Made by a program: the position numbers and the translations under genes | Part shown: positions 19,238 through 29,097 of the stretch, piece by piece | Layout of the letters: every line of letters starts with the position of its first letter | Position numbering within the stretch: the first letter of the stretch is position 1 | The notes under the pieces: generated by a model | Database searches by the model: none | What the model was told of the DNA's origin: nothing | Seen by the model: only the letters and a program-made list of their open reading frames with translations | Source of the DNA: Candidatus Heimdallarchaeota archaeon | GTDB taxonomy: Archaea > Asgardarchaeota > Heimdallarchaeia > Heimdallarchaeales > Heimdallarchaeaceae | Direction of reading: 5' to 3' | DNA: 64,000 nt | Assembly (NCBI GenBank): GCA_019057375.1 | Contig: DXJF01000114.1 | Span: forward strand, 32,001 to 96,000

Positions 19238-19314
19238 TGGCGCCGCTGGTAGGATTTGAACCTACGACCGATCGGTTAACAGCCGATTGCTCCACCAGAC
19301 TGAGCTACAACGGC
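19238..19314 (-). tRNA. tRNA-Asn(GTT)
   Basis: GCCGTTG acceptor, ATCGG-CTGTTAA-CCGAT anticodon arm, TTCAAAT T-loop, GCCA end. Confidence 0.95.
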
Positions 19315-19429
19315 ATACTTTTGGTTACATTCGTTCTACTTCCTTTTTCTTTTTAAACCTTTTTTTCTATTCTTTAATTTCTCATAGGAAGAATTATCAA
19401 CAAGGAACCGTCAGTTTATTGGAGTAAAA

Positions 19430-20104
19430 ATGGATATTAAATCTCAGGAAGAGTTGTTTGAGAAGAATTGGGAGCATTATAGTAAAATTATGTTAGAAGA
19501 TAAAGTACCTCTTTTTGATGATAGTGTAATCTACTCTGGAAAAAAACTCTACGATAAAAACAATCCTCCTTTTCTAGCCTCTATTGTTAAGGTTCCTCAT
19601 TCCCTTTGTGAAAACCTCCAACAAATTCAAGCTGCTTTCGATAGGATTGATCACAGACATACTTATTTTCATCCCATATATTTTCACATTACTCTAAAAG
19701 AATTTGGCTGGGAGGACCAAGTAGAAATCAAGGAAATCAGTGAAAAAATGACAAGGGTTGCAAATAATTTTTCACCTTTTGAATTAGAAATCAAAGGAAT
19801 TAATTGCTTTGAAAGAATCATTTTTGCACAAGTGTTCGATAAGAATCAGGTTCTAGAATCTATCTTTAATAAGATTTTTGAAGAGTTTCCACATTTGGAA
19901 AAATACTTCCCATTCTATATTCCCCACATATCTTTAGCTAGAATAGAAACAACTGAAGCCAGGAATTTAATTCATGTGATAAATGAAAAATATAGAAATA
20001 TGGAAATTGGATTTATGCGAGTAGAAGATATTCAGATTGTAGCGGCTAGACCTTATCTAACGGTTGGAAGGATAGATATCCGTGAGAAAATCAGTCTTGG
20101 ATAA
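19430..20104 (+). CDS. 2H phosphoesterase / 2'-5' RNA ligase family
   Basis: Two HxT/S motifs: FHITL and PHISL. Confidence 0.8.
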   Translation: MDIKSQEELFEKNWEHYSKIMLEDKVPLFDDSVIYSGKKLYDKNNPPFLASIVKVPHSLCENLQQIQAAFDRIDHRHTYFHPIYFHITLKEFGWEDQVEIKEISEKMTRVANNFSPFELEIKGINCFERIIFAQVFDKNQVLESIFNKIFEEFPHLEKYFPFYIPHISLARIETTEARNLIHVINEKYRNMEIGFMRVEDIQIVAARPYLTVGRIDIREKISLG

Positions 20105-20165
20105 AAGATAGTAACAATCAAAATATTTTTTATACGAATATCATCAAAACTCCTTGCAAAGTATT

Positions 20166-20240
20166 GCCTCGGTAACTCAGTGGTAGAGTGATTGACTTGT
20201 AATCAATTAGTCGAGGGTTCAATTCCCTTCCGAGGCTCCA
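20166..20240 (+). tRNA. tRNA-Thr(TGT)
   Basis: GCCTCGG/CCGAGGC acceptor, ATTGA-CTTGTAA-TCAAT, TCCA end. Confidence 0.95.
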
Positions 20241-20261
20241 TCTTTTTCTTCTATTACTTCA

Positions 20262-20795
20262 TTACAGTTTACTCTTTGCTTTTTCAATTATGTTTTGTAT
20301 GAAATCTGATTTGCCTTCTGTATATTTTTCTCTATCATTTCCATATTTAAGAAATAATTTCTGTTTAAGTTCAGAATATTGTTCTAATTCTTTTGGATAT
20401 TTTCTCAAAAAATCTCTAAACAGAATATGTTTATCCCATTCATAATGACCTTTTAGCATAACATGAAGATGATGGGTTCTATAATTCTCTCCCCCTTTCA
20501 CAAACATATGTCTATCTGGGATTCCCTGCTCTCCCCTATAGATAAAACCAACATTTTTTAGAGGAATAATGATTTTCTCAATATTATCAAGTGAATCAAT
20601 AGCAACAGCGATATCTATTATTGGTTTAGCTACAGAGTTTGGAATGGCAGTGCTTCCAATATGTTGGATATCAACTAGAAAATCAGCTATCACTGCTGAC
20701 ATTAACTCTTTTTCCTGTTTGAAAAAATCTTTCCACTGTAGATTATATGGTTTTAACAGAACTGTACCACGTTTTAAACCAATCATCAAACCCAT
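20262..20795 (-). CDS. GrpB/UPF0157 nucleotidyltransferase-fold protein
   Basis: IQHIGSTAIP, AKPIIDI, RTHHLH, FRDFLR, YTEGKSDFI. Confidence 0.88.
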   Translation of the reverse strand: MGLMIGLKRGTVLLKPYNLQWKDFFKQEKELMSAVIADFLVDIQHIGSTAIPNSVAKPIIDIAVAIDSLDNIEKIIIPLKNVGFIYRGEQGIPDRHMFVKGGENYRTHHLHVMLKGHYEWDKHILFRDFLRKYPKELEQYSELKQKLFLKYGNDREKYTEGKSDFIQNIIEKAKSKL

Positions 20796-20888
20796 TTTAA
20801 AAACAGTTTATTTAGATTTTTTCATCGCTCATAATAGCAAAATGATGATGACTCCCTCCCTTCGACAGAGACCTTACTTTGTTTGTTC

Positions 20889-21209
20889 TTATGAACTATC
20901 AGCTGTTACTATTTCCATTAATCCTAATATTTCGAGTAGTTTTCTTTCTAAATCTATTCCTACTACACCTGCTAATGCTAAAGTACTAAGAAGACTTTCA
21001 ATTAATTCATCCTCAATAGTTGGATCACATTCTAAACCTTCACAGTCATCTAATATTTGGCTAGCAAAAGCATTCAACATTTTTTCTCCCATTATTCTGC
21101 TTGGAGTTTTTGGAATATTCATTACATCTAATTGTTTTACACTGTTTCTACTGTTAATGAGTTCAAGCAGTTTCTTTTGTGCCTCGTTAATTGTTACCAT
21201 CATCATCAC
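20889..21209 (-). CDS. Small protein, possibly a degenerate MazG-like pyrophosphohydrolase
   Basis: EDELIESLLSTLALAGVVGIDLE resembles MazG EELADVL..LA..LGIDLE. Confidence 0.45.
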   Translation of the reverse strand: MMMMVTINEAQKKLLELINSRNSVKQLDVMNIPKTPSRIMGEKMLNAFASQILDDCEGLECDPTIEDELIESLLSTLALAGVVGIDLERKLLEILGLMEIVTADSS

Positions 21210-21606
21210 CTATTCTTCGGAGTTTTTCCTATTTATACAGAGATAATATTTACTTTTAAAATCATCTAATATATTTACTTAATGATTCATTGTTCCACAA
21301 GAAATCTAATAGAAAAAATTATTTTTTCCTTAGAGGTGGATTCGTTAAGAAGAGGGGCTGAATCTCCGAAGAACCACCGTTTCCATTGGAAACTATGGGG
21401 AGGGGCTTTAAACGGCTGAAAGACAACTAATCATTAAATTTAGGATTTTTGTCGGGAGTCTGTAAACTGATTTTTGTCGGTAAATGTAATACCAGCCTAT
21501 TATCAAAAAAAGTAGTTTTCACTTAAATTTTCAAAGGTTTATACTAAAACAAATCTTTTCGATATCGAAATGTTAAAAAAAGGAGGAAGGGAAGACAATC
21601 CAACAT

Positions 21607-21682
21607 GGGCCAGTAGATCAGTTGGGAGATCGCATCGCTTGCACCGATGAGGCCTCGGGTTCAAGTCCCGACTGGTCCACCA
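21607..21682 (+). tRNA. tRNA-Ala(TGC)
   Basis: GGGCCAG acceptor (G3:U70), CATCG-CTTGCAC-CGATG, ACCA end. Confidence 0.95.
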
Positions 21683-21748
21683 TTTTTACCTTTCAGAGTT
21701 AATGATTAAAGAAAGGTTTTTGTTTTCAAATAGAATAAGGATTTTGAA

Positions 21749-22474
21749 ATGATGGTTTCTGCAATTATTCCAGTCCATAATGAAGAAGGTAACGTTATAC
21801 CTGTATACCGTGAACTAAAAGAGATATTGCAGAAAGTAACAACTGATTTTGAGATAATCTTTGTAGACGATGGGTCGAAGGACACTACCTTGGATAAGCT
21901 TCTTTCACTTAAATCTAAGGAAGAAAAACTGCGTATTATTCAATTTAAGAAAAACTATGGTAAAAGTGCAGCTCTTTCAGCTGGATTTGACAATGCAGAA
22001 GGAGATTCCATCATCACACTTGATGGAGATGGCCAAGATGACCCAAATAACATTCCTAATCTAATCAGTGCCTTAACAGAAGAATATGACTTTGTTTGTG
22101 GTTGGAGAAATAAACGTAAGGATAAATTTCTTAAAAAAACTAGCTCGAAAATTTACAATTTTCTAAATAGGGTAATTAATCGAAGTAAAATTCACGATAA
22201 CAATTGTATGCTGAGAATTTACAGAAAAGAAGCTGTTTCGGATTTAAAATTAACAAAGGGGGCACATAGATACATCCCAACAATTCTTACCAGCAAAGGT
22301 TTCAGAATTGCAGAAATAGAAGTCAATCACAGACCAAGATTAACAGGGGAATCAAGTTATGGTTTCAAACGGCTTTTTGTTGGATTCTTTCATTTATTCA
22401 GATTTCGTTCTTTTAACAGAATTAATCAAAAGTCAATATATGCAATAGAAAAGAAATATGGTTTTGAGGAATAA
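21749..22474 (+). CDS. GT2 glycosyltransferase (polyprenol-phosphate glycosyltransferase-like)
   Basis: IIPVHNEE, FVDDGSKD, NYGKSAAL, LDGDGQDDP. Confidence 0.9.
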   Translation: MMVSAIIPVHNEEGNVIPVYRELKEILQKVTTDFEIIFVDDGSKDTTLDKLLSLKSKEEKLRIIQFKKNYGKSAALSAGFDNAEGDSIITLDGDGQDDPNNIPNLISALTEEYDFVCGWRNKRKDKFLKKTSSKIYNFLNRVINRSKIHDNNCMLRIYRKEAVSDLKLTKGAHRYIPTILTSKGFRIAEIEVNHRPRLTGESSYGFKRLFVGFFHLFRFRSFNRINQKSIYAIEKKYGFEE

Positions 22475-22485
22475 TATCTAATAGA

Positions 22486-23475
22486 TCAAACTAGTTTCTG
22501 TTCTTTCATCCAGTTAAAAGCATCCTGAAAAGAATCTTTAATAGAATATTCTGGTTCAAAACCCACTATTTGGTTAATTTTTTCTAAACTATATACTCTT
22601 GTTCTACTGAATTGATTTACTCTTCTACGGGATATTTTTGGTGTTGATTTTTTTATTTTAGCCATTGTTTCACTAAAAACAGCTGCAATTATCGCTAGTG
22701 GGAAGCTTATTTCTTCAAATATAGGTTTTTTTCTGGTAATTTCTCCGACCATTTCAAATAACTCCCGAGCAGTGCAAGTAGAACCAATAACATGAAAAGC
22801 TTCACAATTAGCTTTTTCTGTAGCTCCACACATAACTAAAGCTCTAGCTACATCCTCATGATGAACAAAAGAAACAACAGCTTTACCAGTTCCAACAAGA
22901 GGTATCTTTCTTTCCTTCAAAAGGTAATCAAAAACTTTGGGTGCTACTTGTCTATCCCTTGGACCAACAATGTAAGGTGGTCTAACTGCTGATGCAAAAA
23001 AACCATGCTCTTGTGCATACTTGAATATTAATTTCTCTGCTATCCATTTAGTTTCATGATAAGGATGGTCAGATTTTTTTGGATAATCCTCTTTTATTGG
23101 TTGGTTTTTTACCTTGTAACCATAAATGCCAACTGTACTTACATGTAAGAATTTTTTCCCATTGTTCTCAACAAATGCTTCAAGCAAATTCTTTGTACCG
23201 GTTACATTAACATCATAATATAATCTCGAGGGAATATTATCTCTAGCTTCTCCTGCAGCATTATAGACATCATCTATTCCGTTTAACGCTTTTACTAGAG
23301 ATTCTTTATCAGTTAAATCTCCTTTAACGAAACTGATACCTAGTTCTTCTAAAGCAGGATATTTTTTGTCTGACCTAGTTAATGCTTTGATTTCTGTCTT
23401 TGGATATTCTTCTCTTAATTTCTTAGCGATAAAATATCCTACTGCACTAGTTGCTCCAGTTACCAATATAGTCAT
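22486..23475 (-). CDS. NAD-dependent epimerase/dehydratase (extended SDR)
   Basis: LVTGATSAVG, NVTGT, HVST, YHETK, VHHEDVA. Confidence 0.88.
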   Translation of the reverse strand: MTILVTGATSAVGYFIAKKLREEYPKTEIKALTRSDKKYPALEELGISFVKGDLTDKESLVKALNGIDDVYNAAGEARDNIPSRLYYDVNVTGTKNLLEAFVENNGKKFLHVSTVGIYGYKVKNQPIKEDYPKKSDHPYHETKWIAEKLIFKYAQEHGFFASAVRPPYIVGPRDRQVAPKVFDYLLKERKIPLVGTGKAVVSFVHHEDVARALVMCGATEKANCEAFHVIGSTCTARELFEMVGEITRKKPIFEEISFPLAIIAAVFSETMAKIKKSTPKISRRRVNQFSRTRVYSLEKINQIVGFEPEYSIKDSFQDAFNWMKEQKLV

Positions 23476-23599
23476 TTTCTTCCATCTAAAGTAAAACGGG
23501 TTCTATATATTTTTTTAGAATGAAAAAGGACTAGAAGCTAAATTATTTTAACTTCTGTTAAAGCGAAACGCTTTTTTAAACCGATTTTGTAACTAACTT

Positions 23600-25033
23600 A
23601 TGATAAAAATTTACAGCACTCTTACACGTCAACTTGAAGAGTTCAAGACTATTGAACCTAGTGTTGTGAAGTGGTATAACTGTGGACCAACAGTTAATGG
23701 TCTAATGCATTTAGGGCACGCTAGGTCAGCCATAGCCTTTGATACTATTCGAAGATATCTTGAGTATAAAGAATACAAGGTGGAATATGTAATGAATTTC
23801 ACAGATATCGAAGATAGGGTGATAGAGGTAGCAAAACAGGAGCAAAGAGCTGTACTAGAAGTTGCAGAGGAGTATCTAAGCTATTTTCGAAGGGATATGG
23901 CAAGTTTAAATCTAAAAGAAGCTACTGTACACCCTCGAGCCATGCTTCACATTAACCAAATGATTGAGTTCATTGAGGGGTTAATAGAAAAGGGATATGC
24001 ATATGAGAGTGGTGGTGATGTCTATTTTGATGTTAGAAAATTTGATGAATACGGAAAACTATCAAACCAAAAAATAGACAATATCCTACAAGAAGGTACA
24101 GAAGATGCTAAGAATCCTAAAAAACGCTTTCCTGCAGACTTTGCACTCTGGAAGGAGAAGAAAGAAGGGGAACCATATTGGTTCTCGCCATGGGGAGATG
24201 GAAGGGTTGGCTGGAGTATCGAATGTTCACAAATGTCTATGATGTACCTTGGCGATACTTTAGACATCCACAGCGGTGGTCAGGATCTTATCTTTCCTCA
24301 TCATGAAAATGAAATTGCTCAGTCCGAAGCACTTACTGGAAAACCTTTCGCCAAGTACTGGCTCCATAATGGTTATGTTAACATAGATAAGGAGAAGATG
24401 AGCAAATCTCTAGGCAATTTTGTCAATATTGTTGATTTGCTCCAACACTATTCTCCTGATGCTGTTCGCTTATTTGTCCTTCAAACCCATTACCGTAGTC
24501 CAATTACCTTTACTGAGGATGCAATAGATCAAGCTCAAATAACATCGGATAGGTTGTTTGATGTTATTCTACTAACCAAGAATTATGCAACCGATACAAC
24601 AGTGGATGAAAGTGCTCTATCGGATTTAGATAAAGATTTACTAGAAAAAATCACCAAAGCTAGAGAGGATTTTGTTAATGCAATGGATGAAGACTTCAAC
24701 ACATCTAATGGTTTTGCTGTAGTCTTTGACTATTCTAGGGAAGTTAATGATTATCTTCGAAAAGCGGACAAAATTAATGGAGCTGTTATTAACAAAGCTG
24801 ATGAACTATTCGATGAATTCAGGTCAGTTTTTGGTTTATATGAAGATTTTAACAGTTACTTATCAATGGATTTAGTTGAAAAGCTAGTTAAGCTTCTTGT
24901 TGAATTACGTGGTGAATATAGGAAAGAGAAGAATTGGGAAATGAGTGACAAAATAAGAGATGAGCTAAAGCAAGCTGGTGTCACCTTGGAAGACAATCCA
25001 AAAAGAATTCTCTGGAAACTTAGTGAAAACTAG
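23600..25033 (+). CDS. cysS: Cysteine--tRNA ligase (class I)
   Basis: CGPTV, HLGH, DIHSGGQDLIFPHHENE, KMSKS. Confidence 0.95.
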   Translation: MIKIYSTLTRQLEEFKTIEPSVVKWYNCGPTVNGLMHLGHARSAIAFDTIRRYLEYKEYKVEYVMNFTDIEDRVIEVAKQEQRAVLEVAEEYLSYFRRDMASLNLKEATVHPRAMLHINQMIEFIEGLIEKGYAYESGGDVYFDVRKFDEYGKLSNQKIDNILQEGTEDAKNPKKRFPADFALWKEKKEGEPYWFSPWGDGRVGWSIECSQMSMMYLGDTLDIHSGGQDLIFPHHENEIAQSEALTGKPFAKYWLHNGYVNIDKEKMSKSLGNFVNIVDLLQHYSPDAVRLFVLQTHYRSPITFTEDAIDQAQITSDRLFDVILLTKNYATDTTVDESALSDLDKDLLEKITKAREDFVNAMDEDFNTSNGFAVVFDYSREVNDYLRKADKINGAVINKADELFDEFRSVFGLYEDFNSYLSMDLVEKLVKLLVELRGEYRKEKNWEMSDKIRDELKQAGVTLEDNPKRILWKLSEN

Positions 25034-25113
25034 GAGCTCCCTCCTTTTTTATTTCTAATTTCAGACAAAATAATCTAAAATGATTTATAATCTGTGTTTG
25101 ACTAAAGAAGTTA

Positions 25114-25551
25114 ATGACTAGAATGTATGGTGTCCCTGAAGATTTCAAAGTATATATGTACACTGCAGTTGGAATGGTGATTACTGGTGTTGTGGCTTTT
25201 ATTATTTTCTTAATAATTGGAATTACAGCTTTAATTTCAGCTAGTGTAATTGCCATCGGATGTGGTTTTTTTATAGCTGCAGGAATGGGCTTTGGCTTTC
25301 TTAGAAAAAAGAAGAAAGACACTAACGCTGACCTCAATATTACAATAGTAATTAGAATTTTGTTACTTTTAGCTTTTGCTGTGAGTACTTATCTAACTAT
25401 ATTTTCAGGTTTTTATATTATAGAATCTGATCCCTTCTCAACTAATATGCTTATCACTCTGGCAATTATACTTCCGATAGTTATTATATCGCTAATTACT
25501 TGTGACCTATTTCTAAATCGAAAGAGGAATGAAAAAGAAGGGAGTAATTAA
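25114..25551 (+). CDS. Hypothetical membrane protein (about 4 TM)
   Basis: Hydrophobic segments; no recognised motif. Confidence 0.6.
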   Translation: MTRMYGVPEDFKVYMYTAVGMVITGVVAFIIFLIIGITALISASVIAIGCGFFIAAGMGFGFLRKKKKDTNADLNITIVIRILLLLAFAVSTYLTIFSGFYIIESDPFSTNMLITLAIILPIVIISLITCDLFLNRKRNEKEGSN

Positions 25552-25646
25552 TCATTTAGCCATAAAAAAACCTAGGAATTCGTTAATTAAGGCAAAATCT
25601 GATTAATGGTTCCTGTTGAATTTGAAAGGAATGATTTATACGATTT

Positions 25647-27233
25647 TTATCTCGAAATTAGTTTTCTTCTTCTTAGACTTATAGCAGATAGTAACAATGG
25701 TGGTATCACTAAAGATAATGGATGAAATCTTGATTCATTTGTAGTTTCTGGAGGTTTCTCAAATATTTGTACGTTGATTTGTTCGATGTTTTGATGCTCA
25801 CTCTCATCTTTAATAACAATAGTTAGATTGTAGTTACCATCTTCTAAGTAACCCAGATCTACACTCAATGAAGTTGGTTGCCAATACTTCTTGAAATCAA
25901 GTTCAGATTGTTCTATTAGTTCCTCCTCGAAATATAGTCTATAGCTGCCATTCATTGGATATTTATTTCTAAAGTTGTAGAAAGCTTCCCAGTTTATGAT
26001 TGCTTTTTCACCAGATTTTATCCAATACAGTGAATCTATTTGTATTATTGGCGAAAGTGATACTCTTTCCATTCTGTAAACTCCTCCTGCAACATCTCCT
26101 TCTTCTGGAAAATACATCTCCCAAACAATTTCTGATTTACTATTTACTTCGACCAACCTTGCCCCAATTGTAGTTTTTCCTTCATGACCGTGTGTCCCAA
26201 AAGTTCCTAATTTATTACCATTGGGTAACAGATCTGCGTCACCCCACCAAGCAGTATGATAATTCTTAGGAGATGAAAATTCATAAGTCGTATTAGCAGT
26301 CATTGTATTTTCATCAATAGTAATCTCAATAATCCTCGAATGATGATTCAAATTGTCTGTCTGATTGTGTTCATCATTATCAAAATAGATGAAGGAATTT
26401 TCAGATATTATCTCTAGTGCATGACCATGATAGAAGAGGCCGTCTTTTATGTTTCCATAAATATCTCTCATTGTAAAGTCTCCATGCTCTCCTAGAGACC
26501 AGAGAAGAGAACCTGTTTTATGATCTATCTTGTAGAAAGTGTTAGTATTCCTACAATTGACATAAATTACATCTTGATCTTGATCATAGCTTATAGAATT
26601 TGCATGTGTGACATCAGCAACCCCTCCAATTTCTAAGTCTTGATAAGGACACCAATGACTAAAGGGTATAAAGTCGCCCATATTCACACTCCAGACTAAA
26701 GTGCCATCAGGAGTATATTCTGCTATTTGATCATACAGATATTCTGTTCCTTGGTTTTCAATTGTATACGGATGCAGTGTGAAATAAGTGTCATTTGCTT
26801 CATTTCTTTCATAGTCATGGTGTCCTTTGAACCCTAATTGTTCGGTCTCATCAGTTTCAATATTCCACAAGAAAGCTCCAAAATAATTACCATATAGAAG
26901 AGTTGTTGAGTTGAGAAATTCAACGCTCATGAACCCATCAAGTCCTATATCTTCTTCTATGATAATATTTCCTCCCATATCTGTTAAATAAAGCGTTTTA
27001 TCCACAGACGTATAGTCATCCATATTCCTTCTTTCAATAATAAAGAGATTATAAGCATCAAAATAATCACCATTAGAAGTTATTACAGGATTACCACGAA
27101 TACTAGTAGTACCAGTTGATTCTTCGAAGTTTCCCTGGCTAATCATTCCGTTTGAAGTAAGGAAAAACAAGATTAGTATTGATGGATATATTTTGGAAGT
27201 TATTGAAGTATTGAGCATAGATAGTATCTCCAT
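25647..27233 (-). CDS. Secreted aryl-sulfate sulfotransferase (ASST)-family beta-propeller with C-terminal anchor
   Basis: GHHD, THANSI, YHGHAL, FDN, WWGDADLLPNGN; C-terminal hydrophobic stretch followed by RRRK. Confidence 0.8.
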   Translation of the reverse strand: MEILSMLNTSITSKIYPSILILFFLTSNGMISQGNFEESTGTTSIRGNPVITSNGDYFDAYNLFIIERRNMDDYTSVDKTLYLTDMGGNIIIEEDIGLDGFMSVEFLNSTTLLYGNYFGAFLWNIETDETEQLGFKGHHDYERNEANDTYFTLHPYTIENQGTEYLYDQIAEYTPDGTLVWSVNMGDFIPFSHWCPYQDLEIGGVADVTHANSISYDQDQDVIYVNCRNTNTFYKIDHKTGSLLWSLGEHGDFTMRDIYGNIKDGLFYHGHALEIISENSFIYFDNDEHNQTDNLNHHSRIIEITIDENTMTANTTYEFSSPKNYHTAWWGDADLLPNGNKLGTFGTHGHEGKTTIGARLVEVNSKSEIVWEMYFPEEGDVAGGVYRMERVSLSPIIQIDSLYWIKSGEKAIINWEAFYNFRNKYPMNGSYRLYFEEELIEQSELDFKKYWQPTSLSVDLGYLEDGNYNLTIVIKDESEHQNIEQINVQIFEKPPETTNESRFHPLSLVIPPLLLSAISLRRRKLISR

Positions 27234-27295
27234 ATATTATTCTCTTCAATAAATTTTTCTTTATTTCTTAATCATTAAAACTTATATTAACTGCG

Positions 27296-28048
27296 TTAAG
27301 ATAAGTGGTTTAGGTTTTCTCTCGCCAAAATCATATTCACTAGATAATATGGAACTTTAGTCTTTCTTCCCTCTTTGTTTCCCAAAGTCATATCTAGATC
27401 ATAAGAAAGTGACCAGTTTTCTACAACAGCTTCCTCTCTGATTTTAGTAGATATTATCTCCCACTGTGTCCCAGGTTTCAACCCTTTTTCCTCTAATTCA
27501 ATATAAACTTCTTGTAGAGTTGCTTCATGAGGAAAATGTCTAGCAATAGCACGCTCAATTATTTCTACAATTTCTATATTTCTTCCTGAACTAAAAAGAG
27601 CTAGTGGTTTATTCGTTTCTGCATTAGTTTTAGTGCTTTCCTTTTGCGGTATCGTTGCCCCATATGGTGTTTTCTCTGGTTTCAATTTTTGTTCAATCAT
27701 TTCTGCTATTTCATCAGTTAGAACATGTTCCCATTTACATGCTTCTTCATGTATCTTTGACCATGGAACACCTAACCATTCAAGAAAACTTTCAGATAGT
27801 CTGTGCTTTCGCACAACTTTTCTAGCTATTTCCTCTCCCTCAGAGGTTAACTTAGCACCGTAATATGGCTTATACTCAATAAATCCTTTTTTTGATAATT
27901 TCTTAAACATTGAAGTAACTGTACCCGGATCTACATTCATCATTTCAGCTATTTGGTTGGTTTTAACGTTTTTAGTACCATATTCAAAAAACCAGAAGAA
28001 AGTTTCTAGATACTCCTCTTCTGCAGCTGTTACTTCTGTTTGATTCAT
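27296..28048 (-). CDS. DtxR/MntR-family metal-dependent repressor with FeoA-like tail
   Basis: EEEYLE, VTSMFKKL, VRKHRLSE, EACKWEH. Confidence 0.9.
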   Translation of the reverse strand: MNQTEVTAAEEEYLETFFWFFEYGTKNVKTNQIAEMMNVDPGTVTSMFKKLSKKGFIEYKPYYGAKLTSEGEEIARKVVRKHRLSESFLEWLGVPWSKIHEEACKWEHVLTDEIAEMIEQKLKPEKTPYGATIPQKESTKTNAETNKPLALFSSGRNIEIVEIIERAIARHFPHEATLQEVYIELEEKGLKPGTQWEIISTKIREEAVVENWSLSYDLDMTLGNKEGRKTKVPYYLVNMILARENLNHLS

Positions 28049-28075
28049 GGGAAACCCTATAGGTTGTTATAGAAA

Positions 28076-28867
28076 TCATTCACCTTTGAAATCAGGCTTT
28101 CTCTTTTCAAGTACAGCTTTTATTCCTTCTCTTATATCTTTAGTCCTAAAACAAGTCCTTATTCCTTTAGTTTCAGCTCTATATCCTCCATCGATTGAGG
28201 TATTAAGTCCTCTCTTTATTGCTTTCTTGGCTTCTCTTAGAGCAATGGGTGCATTATTAACAATGATTTCAGCTTTTTCTATCGCTTTTACTTTCAGTTC
28301 TTCTAGAGGAACTTTTTCACTAATCAAACCTATTTCAAGAGCTTCATCAGCTGAGAATTTTCTTCCAGTTAAGATGAGATCTTTTGCAATGCTCAAACCT
28401 ACAACCTTGGGGAGACGATAAGTTCCACCCCAACCTGGTTGCAATCCTATGGTGGTCTCAGTCAGCCCAAATAAGGCAGTATCAGCTGCTATTCGTATAT
28501 CGCATGAAAGAGCTAATTCCATCCCTCCACCTAGAGCATATCCATTAATCGCAGCTATCACAGGAGTTGGATGATTTTCAATTTGTGAAAACACTTTTTG
28601 CCCTTTCTTTATAGCTGTCATCACTCTCCATCCAAGGGATGCGGTCCATTTTAAATCCACACCAGCAGACCAACTTTTACCTTCAGCATAGATAATTACT
28701 GCTCTAACATTTTTCTTTTTCTTTAACGATTTGAGTGTAATAGATAACTGATTTAACAACTTATCATTGAAAGCATTCAAAGCTTTTTGACGATTAAGTG
28801 TAATTAAAGCGATGTTATTGTTTTCACCTACATAATCTAGTAGGAGTAAAGAATTATTCTCGGCCAT
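28076..28867 (-). CDS. Enoyl-CoA hydratase/isomerase
   Basis: SAGVDL, AAINGYALGGGMELALSCDIR, PGWGGTYRL. Confidence 0.92.
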   Translation of the reverse strand: MAENNSLLLLDYVGENNNIALITLNRQKALNAFNDKLLNQLSITLKSLKKKKNVRAVIIYAEGKSWSAGVDLKWTASLGWRVMTAIKKGQKVFSQIENHPTPVIAAINGYALGGGMELALSCDIRIAADTALFGLTETTIGLQPGWGGTYRLPKVVGLSIAKDLILTGRKFSADEALEIGLISEKVPLEELKVKAIEKAEIIVNNAPIALREAKKAIKRGLNTSIDGGYRAETKGIRTCFRTKDIREGIKAVLEKRKPDFKGE

Positions 28868-29097
28868 GAACTAACTATCCCTATGTCATATCTAAATTTT
28901 ATGTAGTGTATTGTTAATATATTTAGTGATAAGAGAAAATTGCAGTAGAAAATAACTTAGGAGCTTTAGATTGTACAATTCAAAAGTGAATAATACTAAA
29001 ATAATACGATAAGCATATATTTATCCGGTAAAAAAGGCGGTACTTCAGCTGATGCTGGAAAGAAGTTTCGCGTAGAAAATGTTATGTCACCAAATGA

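Noticed and set aside
20569-21246. 225-aa plus-strand ORF and the many other short antisense ORFs in the track
   Set aside because: They lie opposite well-supported genes and show the Ser/Ile/Phe-rich signature of antisense shadows.
21350-21432. c-di-AMP (ydaO) riboswitch
   Set aside because: GGGGCTGAATC resembles one conserved block, but the other blocks (GTAGGG, CCCGAA..GTCAGCTAAC) are absent or out of order.
24190-24240. CysRS GWSIEC instead of GWHIEC
   Set aside because: The zinc ligands and the HIGH/KMSKS motifs are intact; treated as ordinary sequence variation.
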